A stretch of 64,000 nucleotides of DNA from Syntrophales bacterium (lineage in GTDB: Bacteria > Desulfobacterota > Syntrophia > Syntrophales > UBA2210): the NCBI GenBank assembly GCA_963666365.2, contig CAXXNF010000001.1:768001-832000 (forward strand), given 5' to 3'. The translations under genes were made by a program, and so were the position numbers. The notes beneath the pieces are model-generated. The model was not told where the DNA came from. It ran no database searches and worked only from the letters and a program-made list of their open reading frames with translations. Shown in pieces: positions 30,306 through 38,713 of this stretch; the first letter of the stretch is position 1; each line of letters opens with the position of its first letter.

Positions 30306-30798
30306 CAGAGGCTTCACCCTTATCGAGATCAGTGTCGTCGTGGCCCTGATAGGGTTGATGTTGTCGATCACCGTTCCCACGGTGCGCGATGCCCTGCTGA
30401 CGGACGGGCTGAAAAAAACGGCCAACTATATCATCAACAGCGCCGGAGAGCTTCGGAACAACGCCCTTCGCGAACAGGTGGATTATATTTTACATATCGA
30501 CATAGGCAGCGGGTGCTTCTGGACCAGCAGCGCTGACATGACACCGGAGGCCAAAGCGGAATCCAGGGAAAAGGCCTACTGTGTGCCCCCGGGCGTGAAA
30601 ATCGCCGATTTCTACCGATTCGGTCGGGAAAAGGTCTTCGAGGGAGAGGTGACGATAGGATTTTTCAAGGGTGGGTACCTGGAACCGGCGGTCCTGCATC
30701 TTTCCGAAGGCGTCCGTGCATTCACCGTGGTCTTTGAACCCTTCCTACACAAAGTGACACTCTATGACAGCTACAGAGATATTGAAGCGAAAAACTGA
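30298..30798 (+). CDS. gspH: T2SS minor pseudopilin H
   Basis: GTG start overlapping the gspG end; NRG|FTLIEISVVVALIG. Confidence 0.8.
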   Translation: MNNRGFTLIEISVVVALIGLMLSITVPTVRDALLTDGLKKTANYIINSAGELRNNALREQVDYILHIDIGSGCFWTSSADMTPEAKAESREKAYCVPPGVKIADFYRFGREKVFEGEVTIGFFKGGYLEPAVLHLSEGVRAFTVVFEPFLHKVTLYDSYRDIEAKN

Positions 30799-30810
30799 AA
30801 AAAGGAGCAC

Positions 30811-31767
30811 TTGATGAGCGCAAAAGATTTCCCCGCAAAGAGATGGTGGTTCGCCCTTTCCTTTTTTGTCGTCATGTCTGTACTTCCGGCGGTGCGGCAC
30901 GGGGTCGAGGCGGCGGGAAAACCCTGCGGGGAACCGGAACGCACCGATGCATCAGTGGTTGCCCGTTTCGACGGCAGGGTCGTCACGACGAAAGATTTCG
31001 AAACCCGCGTGTCCCACATTGCGTCCCGTCCTGACAAATCTATGAGCGAGCTCGATCAGAAGCGGGGCGCCTTGGAAACGCTGCTGCGCACCTCCCTCTT
31101 CGCCTTGGAGGCAAAGGAGAAAAAGTTCGATCAGGACGAGGCTGTGCGAAAAATGATCCAAGAGGCCGAGGAGGCCATTCTGGCCAACGAGTTCGTAAAA
31201 CGCGTGGCTGCGGAAGACAGGAAGGTGACCGATGAAGAGATTGGAGCGTACTATCGGACCCATGAACAAGAATTTACCCGGTCACCCATGGTGCGTGCCC
31301 GCCACATAATGATAGGCGTCGATCGCTCGGCGCCCCCGGAGAAAATCAGCGCGGCCCGGTCAAAGGCGCAGACCGCCAGGCAGGAACTTTCGGCAGGAGC
31401 GGACTTCATTGATGTGGCAAGAAAATATTCCGACGACGGCGCTACGAAACACCGGGGCGGCGACCTGGGCTATATTACGGAAGGGAGAATGGGCCAGGAG
31501 TTTTTTAATGCCGCCTACGCACTCACACCGGGGGAGTTGAGTGAACCCGTACAAACGGAACAGGGTTTTCACATCATCAAGCTGGAAACGCGAAGAGAGG
31601 GACATCTGCTGCCCCTTGCCTCCGTAAGCGGGCGCATCCGTTCACAGCTTGCCGCCGACAAGGAAAAAAAGACGACCGACAGGCTATATGAAACGTTGAA
31701 AGAAAAGTATCACGTTGATATTCTTGAAGATAACCTCAAACGGGCAAAACTGAAAAAAAGCGGCTGA
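30811..31767 (+). CDS. Periplasmic PpiC/parvulin-type peptidyl-prolyl isomerase
   Basis: VRARHIMI, FIDVARKYSDD, RGGDLGY, SEPVQTEQGFHIIK. Confidence 0.9.
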   Translation: MMSAKDFPAKRWWFALSFFVVMSVLPAVRHGVEAAGKPCGEPERTDASVVARFDGRVVTTKDFETRVSHIASRPDKSMSELDQKRGALETLLRTSLFALEAKEKKFDQDEAVRKMIQEAEEAILANEFVKRVAAEDRKVTDEEIGAYYRTHEQEFTRSPMVRARHIMIGVDRSAPPEKISAARSKAQTARQELSAGADFIDVARKYSDDGATKHRGGDLGYITEGRMGQEFFNAAYALTPGELSEPVQTEQGFHIIKLETRREGHLLPLASVSGRIRSQLAADKEKKTTDRLYETLKEKYHVDILEDNLKRAKLKKSG

Positions 31768-31848
31768 CGATAGTACCTACGTCCCGGTCCGGGACGCACT
31801 ATAAGGTCGCTTCGTCGCCTCATGCCTTGCACTGACATAATAGCCTGG

Positions 31849-32335
31849 CATTGCGAGCAACCGCAGGGAGCGCGGCAATCTCACCTGCAGACTCCTCAGT
31901 GTGGGCGACCACAGGGAGTGTGGCAATCTCGCCAGCCGGTTCGTCAGTGCGAACGAAGGCTGGGAACGCGGTAATCTCACCTGCTTATTCGTCATACCGG
32001 CGAAGGCCGGTATCCAGCTTTTCCGGCACTTTCTGAATTTCGGGTCAGGTCTGTAATGACAGAATCCCCTCGCAGGAGGACTCCCCCTCTGCCTTCCCAC
32101 CCCTCGCGGGCGAACTCCCCATCTTTCCTTCCTGTACCTGGCGAGCGGACTTCCCATCTTCTTTCCCACCCCTCGTGGGCGGACTCCCCGTCTTCCTTCC
32201 CCTCCCTTGGTGGGAGGACTTCCCCTCTTTCTTCCCCTCCCCTGGTGGGAGGGGATTGAGGGGAGGGGAACAATTACAATTTCTACGGACGGTTAGATCA
32301 CCCCCACCCTGACCCTCCCCCATCGAGGGGGAGGG
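31849..32335. repeat. Mosaic repeat cluster: three ~46-bp GCGAG..GCAATCTC units, one GTCAT..ATCCAG unit, five degenerate ~35-bp tandem units, and a CCCCTCCC/CACCCCCACCCTGACCCTCCC palindrome pair
   Basis: Direct reading of the sequence between the convergent ppiC-like gene and the 1519-aa gene. Confidence 0.7.
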
Positions 32336-32387
32336 AAAAGAAAGGGGGTGCAATCTTCCATCGGAGAGGGAGGGAAGCCGGTGACAT

Positions 32388-32416
32388 AAAAAGGGATGCT
32401 CTTTCGGGCATCCCTT
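32388..32416 (-). terminator. Putative intrinsic terminator of the surface-protein operon
   Basis: Minus strand aagggatgcc-cgaaag-agcatccc-ttttt; an additional GC hairpin lies at about 32437-32466. Confidence 0.65.
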
Positions 32417-32482
32417 ATTCATTGTACTTTGGTGAAGCGGGCGGCTCATTTGTGTGAACCGCCCGCGCGTTATAAGGTTATG

Positions 32483-35400
32483 TTAGTTTTTCCTTCGTGC
32501 GAAGAACCCGAAGAGAACCACACCGCCCATAAGGACCAGCGAAAGGATCATTGCGCTCAATGACCCCATGGCGCCATGGGCCGCCGTTTCGATGAAGCAG
32601 TCGCTGTCATCACCGATGGCGCCGCCCAGCGCGCCGCCGATACCGAAGGCGGAGAGATGGTCAACCCAGAAGGTGACAACGCCGTTGGTGTAGTCGATGG
32701 GCTGGATGATTTGTGACACAGGAACAGCGGTGACGTTTCCTTTCACCAGATCGGCCATGGTTGCCGCCTGATGGATCGAAAAGGCGCCGCTTTCGAGCTT
32801 GCCTGCCGTCACCACGGTGGGATCGAATTTCATGGTGATGACGATACGAGCAATGTCGTTATTGCTGACGGGATCACCGTTCTCGTCGAGCAGCGTTACA
32901 TCAACGATCTCGGAACCGGTTACGTTTGTTGCACCTGCATCGGACGCGTCGGCCTCGACAATCGACACGACCACCTCTCTCCTCACTTCGCCTGTGAGGC
33001 TCTCTCCCGCCACGATATCAACGGTGGTGTCCCCCGAACCGGAGATTGCCGTGCCGCCAACGGTGTTCGGATCGGCGATTGTCGTATTCTGCGGTGACGC
33101 TGCCGATTTTACATAGGTCCATTTACTGGCCTTGTAGTACCCCGTGCTCGCATCCCGTGTCGCTTCGCTCGTGTCGGCCTTTACATCGATGGTGAAGCTC
33201 TCATAGGCCGGATGGACAAAGGACCAGATGCCGCCGGCATAGGTTACGACTACCGCTGCGCCGTCGGCGTCGGTCACGGCGATCTCAGCTGCAGTTCCAT
33301 CGAATGCCGGAAGTGCGGTGATTTCCACCAGGACCTGGTCATAGTTGGTGCCGGCCACGATATCGGTGGAATCCTGTCTGGTGCCGTCTACGAAGATCTT
33401 GGTCACCGGAGCAAGGGTAATGTTGTTGCCGACAGTTGCGCCGGCGACATTCGTCAGAACGCCGAGACCGAGCGCCGCATCGAATACGTATCCCGGCCTT
33501 CTGAATTCAACCGTGAAGGGTCCGACGGCGGTATTCGACATCTGGAAGTTATAGTTATTGCCTGTATTCGGATCGGCGATCACCTCGCAGACCGCACCGG
33601 TCGAGTCTTTGATGTAGTCGCCTGCCGCATCCTTGCAGCGTATCGTCGTCAGTGCAGAACCTGCCACACTGGGGCTGATCGTTCCCTGAATGGCCTGCAT
33701 CCCGGCCAGTATGTCCACTTTAATCGGGCCGGCCTTTATGTCGTCCAGCGTGACGATTTTAGAGACAATGGTCTCGGTTCCCGATGCCACGATAAATTTG
33801 TAGGTGGCGCCGGTGTTGTCAAAGTTTGCAATGGAGAAGGCGCCCGCGGCGTCGGTCGTCGCGGCTTTTGCCGCGCTCTCGGTCCATTGAACCCAAACAC
33901 CCGCTACCGGGGTGGTGCCGTCGGCCGCATCGACCACGGTTCCCGATACGGTGGTTCTCGGGATTACGGTGAACACCCCCGACCAGATTTCGTCAAGTTT
34001 CGCCGCAATCAAACGTGCCACATCGGCGTCGTTCGCAGCCGAATCGAGGACGACTTTCACTCTGAAGGAGATCGATTTCGAGATTCCCGCGGTAAAGGTA
34101 AAGTCGTTGGTCGCGTCGGTGGGCGAGGCATCAACCAGCGTTCCGCAATTTTCCGCCGTAACCGCCGTCCCCGCCATGTCGAGGGTTTCATACTTGTAGA
34201 CATCGGTGGCCGCCGGACCGCCCGTGATGGTGAAGGTGTCCGTGCCCTGGTTGCTGTAGTAGGTGCCGCTGGCGGCGTTGAACTTCGTCGCCGTAAACTT
34301 CATGGGCACCCGAATCATGAGTTCCGCCGGGGCAACCCCTGCATTGTCATGGTCAGCCATGGTGACTTTGTACACGCCGGCGCCCGCCGCTGCGAAGAGC
34401 GTATCGGGATTGACGACGAAATTCGTCGTACCGGTCAGGTCACTCACGATGGGACCTGTGCCCGCTATCCAGCTGTTTATGACCCAGTCGTACTTCCTGG
34501 CGGCATCCTTTGCCGTCAGTGTGGTCGTGGTACCCAGCGCCATCAGCGGATAGGTTTCCGGTTTCGTGGGATCATAGCCGGCCGGTGTTTCGATCATGGC
34601 CGCCGGAGCGTAGACCGTAACCGTCGCCTGACCCATCACCGGGCTTGCGCTGTCCTTGTTGTAGGTTGCGTCATAGGCGGTGATGGTGACTGCCTTGCTG
34701 CCGGTAGTGACCGTGGGCGCCGTGTATTCACCGGTGGCCGGATCGATGGCCCCGTCGGAGGCTTCCCATACATACTGGCCGGCGTTCTTGCCGCCCGTGG
34801 CGGTATAGGTCGTGGTAGCGGCCGAATCGAGGACTGCCGCGCCGGTGACCGTAATCGCCGTGACCACGTCGATGGTGGGCGTCACGTCACGGAATCCGTT
34901 GGCGACTCCCGTGGCGCCGTAGGTTTTATCCAGTGCCTCGACGGTGCAGGTTCCGGCGGCAACTGCCGTAATGACACCGTTGACGTCCACCGTCGCCACT
35001 CCCGGAGCGGAACTGACAAAGTTGAATAACGGGGGCACTCCCACTCCCGTTCCACCCGTTGGGCCAAGCGGCAGGGTGCCGCCGACGGCAAGACCGTAGG
35101 TGGCGGTCCCCATATTCATGGCAACGGGATTATAAATGTAGATGTCGATAGTAGCGGTCAGGCTCGCATTGGTCGCATCGGTAAGGGTGAGGGTGTCTTT
35201 TACGGAGCTTCCCCCTATAGGCGGAGTAATGCTTGCCGGCGCCGTGTAGGTAATGGTATCGGCATCGGTGCTGTCGATGGTTCCCACGCTGGCGAGCGCC
35301 CAGCGGTAATTGCCTGATGTGCCTCCCATGCCGGCGAAGGTGGCCGTGCTCGGCGTGGAACCGCTCGTGACGAGATGGATCCCTGTGACATCGTAGAAGG

Positions 35401-37042
35401 GCGCCGCAGGCGCGGTGACGTTAATGGAGAAGTTGACGATGGTGAAGGTCACCGCATTTGAATTGGTCAGCCCTGCAGATGTTGCCGTCACGTCGGTGGT
35501 GGCGGGTGGCGCGGCAACGGTGCCTGCCTTTGTGGTCATGGTTGCCGTGGCAAGACCGGTTGCATCGGTGGTCGCGTCGGCGATGGCTGCCACATAGGTC
35601 GCATCGCTCAGCGTGAAGCTGATCGTCGTGCCCTGCTGCGCCACGTTGTTGCCGTTGGCATCCTGCAGCTGTACGGAAAGCGTGGCAGTTCCCTTGCCGT
35701 CGCTGGCGATGGTGGTTTTGTCCGCCGAGAGGGCAAGCTTTGCCGCCGCCCCTGGGGTAAACGTCACGGTAGCGGTCTTCACGGTTGTAGTGCCCACCTT
35801 TGCCGTGACGGTTTTCTGCTCGGCCTTGGTCGAGGCGATGGTTCCCGTGGCTACGCCTGCCGCATCGGTAGCGGCCGCGGGCTGCACTATCGTATTACCC
35901 GTTCCCGTGGCTTCCAGGGTGACGGTCTGGCCGGCTACGGGATTGTCAAAGCTGTCTTTCAGTGTAACCGTGATTGTCGAAACTGCCGTCCCATCGGCAG
36001 TCTGAGTGGCAGGCGCGGCCACGACGGTTGAAGTGGCGGTACTGAAGGTACCCGCCACAAAGGTCACATCCACGGTTCCCATGGTCGTGCCGCCTACCTT
36101 CGCCGTGACGGTTTTGGTCCCCGCCGCCGTGGAACTTAGCTGGAAGCTTACCACTCCGCTGGCATCGGTTTGCGTTGCCAGATCCACCGGAGCCGTATAG
36201 GCGGTGCCGTTAATGAAATTGCCCGTTCCCGTCAGGGTGATATTGACGGTCTGGCCCGAAACGGCATTATTGTTTACATCCTTGATGGTGACGGTCACCG
36301 TCGAATAGAAGCTGTTGTCGTCGGACACCGTAATATTGGTGGTAGGATTGGCCGCCACGGTAGAGTTCGTGACGTCAGCGGCACCCGCCGTCACCGTCAC
36401 CGTGCTGGCATCGCTGGTTACCCCGCCCAATGCGGCAGTAATATCGGTCGTACCGGTATGCCCCGGAGTAAAAAGACCGGCCGCGCTGATGGTTCCTTTA
36501 TCCGCATCGGATGAACTCCAGGTTGCCTTGTTGGTAACATCCTGCCCCCCCGATACCCCGTCGAAGGTTGCCGTTGCCGTAAACTGTTGCGTATTCGGTA
36601 CCTGCACTGTCGGATCGGCAGGCGTTACTGTAAGCGTTTGTGGTGCTATTGCCTCGAGCGTCACGTTCGACATGTCGACTCCCGCATTGGTGAGGGTCAC
36701 TTCCACCTTCTTTGCTTCCAATACGGTCATGTTGACAAATTCGATGACCAAAATTTCCCCGGCAGTCCACGGCTGAGTAAAATTACCCACCTCAACGCCA
36801 TAGTTTGCACCGTCGTAGGAACATCCAGGACTGGCCTGTGTGAGCTTGTCATCTGTTCTCGTGGAAATATAAGCGGTAAATGTAATATCTGTTGCAGCGG
36901 GAGTTGAGCCATCAGAGTTCTGAATCGTACCGAGTACCAGATGGGGAGTTCCCGCTACAGCGTTCCCTGCGGACATGGCTGCTACCATGCCGAGACAAAA
37001 GAACAGCGTAACAAATAGTAACAACTTGTTTTTCTTCATCAC
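32483..37042 (-). CDS. 1519-aa Thr/Ala-rich surface protein: Big_2 and Big_1 (invasin-like) Ig repeats, carboxypeptidase-regulatory-like domains, C-terminal Cys/CFI motif, TM and basic tail
   Basis: Signal peptide; QQFTATATF..WSSSD; STITVTLKDSFDNPVAGQTV; end WVDHLSAFGIGGALGG..DSDCFIETAAHG-hydrophobic helix-RRKN. Confidence 0.85.
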   Translation of the reverse strand: MMKKNKLLLFVTLFFCLGMVAAMSAGNAVAGTPHLVLGTIQNSDGSTPAATDITFTAYISTRTDDKLTQASPGCSYDGANYGVEVGNFTQPWTAGEILVIEFVNMTVLEAKKVEVTLTNAGVDMSNVTLEAIAPQTLTVTPADPTVQVPNTQQFTATATFDGVSGGQDVTNKATWSSSDADKGTISAAGLFTPGHTGTTDITAALGGVTSDASTVTVTAGAADVTNSTVAANPTTNITVSDDNSFYSTVTVTIKDVNNNAVSGQTVNITLTGTGNFINGTAYTAPVDLATQTDASGVVSFQLSSTAAGTKTVTAKVGGTTMGTVDVTFVAGTFSTATSTVVAAPATQTADGTAVSTITVTLKDSFDNPVAGQTVTLEATGTGNTIVQPAAATDAAGVATGTIASTKAEQKTVTAKVGTTTVKTATVTFTPGAAAKLALSADKTTIASDGKGTATLSVQLQDANGNNVAQQGTTISFTLSDATYVAAIADATTDATGLATATMTTKAGTVAAPPATTDVTATSAGLTNSNAVTFTIVNFSINVTAPAAPFYDVTGIHLVTSGSTPSTATFAGMGGTSGNYRWALASVGTIDSTDADTITYTAPASITPPIGGSSVKDTLTLTDATNASLTATIDIYIYNPVAMNMGTATYGLAVGGTLPLGPTGGTGVGVPPLFNFVSSAPGVATVDVNGVITAVAAGTCTVEALDKTYGATGVANGFRDVTPTIDVVTAITVTGAAVLDSAATTTYTATGGKNAGQYVWEASDGAIDPATGEYTAPTVTTGSKAVTITAYDATYNKDSASPVMGQATVTVYAPAAMIETPAGYDPTKPETYPLMALGTTTTLTAKDAARKYDWVINSWIAGTGPIVSDLTGTTNFVVNPDTLFAAAGAGVYKVTMADHDNAGVAPAELMIRVPMKFTATKFNAASGTYYSNQGTDTFTITGGPAATDVYKYETLDMAGTAVTAENCGTLVDASPTDATNDFTFTAGISKSISFRVKVVLDSAANDADVARLIAAKLDEIWSGVFTVIPRTTVSGTVVDAADGTTPVAGVWVQWTESAAKAATTDAAGAFSIANFDNTGATYKFIVASGTETIVSKIVTLDDIKAGPIKVDILAGMQAIQGTISPSVAGSALTTIRCKDAAGDYIKDSTGAVCEVIADPNTGNNYNFQMSNTAVGPFTVEFRRPGYVFDAALGLGVLTNVAGATVGNNITLAPVTKIFVDGTRQDSTDIVAGTNYDQVLVEITALPAFDGTAAEIAVTDADGAAVVVTYAGGIWSFVHPAYESFTIDVKADTSEATRDASTGYYKASKWTYVKSAASPQNTTIADPNTVGGTAISGSGDTTVDIVAGESLTGEVRREVVVSIVEADASDAGATNVTGSEIVDVTLLDENGDPVSNNDIARIVITMKFDPTVVTAGKLESGAFSIHQAATMADLVKGNVTAVPVSQIIQPIDYTNGVVTFWVDHLSAFGIGGALGGAIGDDSDCFIETAAHGAMGSLSAMILSLVLMGGVVLFGFFARRKN

Positions 37043-37092
37043 ATAATTCCTCCAAAAAGTTATTTATAACATTCCAAATCCATAGGATTTTC

Positions 37093-38631
37093 CTACCATG
37101 ACCATGCAGTGTCCTGTGTCACGCTTATAAAGTATCCCTCTCCCCATTCTATGGCGAAATTATTGTATGTTGCAACAGACATCGGATGGGACAAGTATGA
37201 CTGTGTAGAAGCAACCCATTTTGAGACGAGATCGCAATTTCCGATATCCTGCCCCAGCAGATGGGCGGTGGTAAGGCCTGACTTGCTGTAGGGCAGACCG
37301 ATGGCGTTTGTATTGGTGGTGGCCGTTGTTGTCAGGTTACTGCTTCCCGAGCTTGGCAATGTTCCCGTAAGGGTAAAATCGTGATCGGCAGTGACACTTA
37401 CAAAGTAGACAGCTCCCACTTCAAGGGAGAAATTATTGTACGTCGCCACGGACATCGGATGTGACAGATAGGACTGTGTCGCCACCACCCACTTGGAGAC
37501 GAGATCACAGTTTCCAATGGCAGTCCCCAGTTCATGCGCCGTGGTATAACCCGTATTTTCCAACACAAACCCAATGGTGTTGGTATTTGTTGTTGTCGTG
37601 GTAATCAGACTGAATGTTTTGGACATGGTGCTGCTCGCGGCTGTTATCGTACCGCTGGTAACTGTGTTCGTTCCGTCCGTTGCCTGGACCTTGAAGGTTC
37701 CTTCCTTTGCCGCGGTGACCGTGATTGTGCCGACATTGGTGCTACCACTTGTGATTGTTGCCACGTCGGCCGGTGATGCATTGACGATGGTCCAGTTGTA
37801 GTTGGTGGCTGCAGTGCCCTGCAGTATGAACACCTGCGTTCCTCCATTTGCATCGATGGTTGCCGTGTCGGGGCTGATACTGACCGGCGCCAGGAGGGTT
37901 ACCGTGGCGGTGGCGGGGGCCTTGGAGATGTTCCCCACGCTGTCTTCGAACCAGGCGTAGATGGTTTTGCTTCCCGGGGCGGTATTGGCCAGATCGTATA
38001 CCACCTCGTTGGCATAGGTGACGCTCGTAACCGGCCGCGTCGAGGTCTCGCTCAGATACATCTTCACAGGTGCGATTGCGGCCAAAAGCTTGAGATTCAG
38101 AGCGGTGTTATTAGTCGAGGTGATGACGGTTCCCTCCGCGTCGGTGATCTGGACGGTACCCGTGGGGGCCACGTTATCGATGTTGATGGGCCCGATTTTC
38201 ACGTCGCTGCTCCATGAAACAACTCCCCCCGCGCTTATGTCGAGATATTTCGTTTTTACATGGAGGTAGCGCAAGGTGGTGGAATCGTCATTGGCAAAGA
38301 ACGCCGCCGCCTTGGTGACGATGGGGGGGTCGAGGCTGGGATCAACGGTACCGTCCGGGCTTGTACCGTCCCAGGTTGCAGCGCTGGTGTTCCACTTGAA
38401 GTCAAAGCCCATCAGCGTGTCGCCGGCACTGGTCAAATCGGGCTTTGTCCATTGGATCTCCACGTTGCCGGTCCACGCGACGATGGTGCCGTCGGTGGGT
38501 ACACCATTCGTCTGTACACCGGATAAAGATATCTCGTGCTCGGCCTGGGCGGACGCCGCAAAGACCAGAAGAAAGGCCAGCACACAGCAGATCAGTCCCC
38601 CGGTCACTTGATTCTTCAGGTATCGCTTCAT
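37093..38631 (-). CDS. Secreted beta-rich protein with a C-terminal 91-aa tandem duplication
   Basis: Signal peptide; IDNVAPTG, KTIYAWFEDSVGN; two copies of IGNCDLVSKWVxxTQSYLSHPMSVATYNNF. Confidence 0.8.
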   Translation of the reverse strand: MKRYLKNQVTGGLICCVLAFLLVFAASAQAEHEISLSGVQTNGVPTDGTIVAWTGNVEIQWTKPDLTSAGDTLMGFDFKWNTSAATWDGTSPDGTVDPSLDPPIVTKAAAFFANDDSTTLRYLHVKTKYLDISAGGVVSWSSDVKIGPINIDNVAPTGTVQITDAEGTVITSTNNTALNLKLLAAIAPVKMYLSETSTRPVTSVTYANEVVYDLANTAPGSKTIYAWFEDSVGNISKAPATATVTLLAPVSISPDTATIDANGGTQVFILQGTAATNYNWTIVNASPADVATITSGSTNVGTITVTAAKEGTFKVQATDGTNTVTSGTITAASSTMSKTFSLITTTTTNTNTIGFVLENTGYTTAHELGTAIGNCDLVSKWVVATQSYLSHPMSVATYNNFSLEVGAVYFVSVTADHDFTLTGTLPSSGSSNLTTTATTNTNAIGLPYSKSGLTTAHLLGQDIGNCDLVSKWVASTQSYLSHPMSVATYNNFAIEWGEGYFISVTQDTAWSW

Positions 38632-38669
38632 AGGGTATCTCCTTTAATTCGAAATAGCTGCGTTGAGGG

Positions 38670-38704
38670 GGCAGGCGCCGGCGGTAGTACCGCCGGCGCC
38701 TGCC
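38670..38704. other. Perfect 17-bp intercistronic inverted repeat
   Basis: ggcaggcgccggcggta-g-taccgccggcgcctgcc; no U tract on either strand. Confidence 0.75.
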
Positions 38705-38713
38705 GGTCATTGA

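Noticed and set aside
31849..32270. CRISPR array
   Set aside because: Units are degenerate, lack unique spacers of constant length, and no cas genes are present
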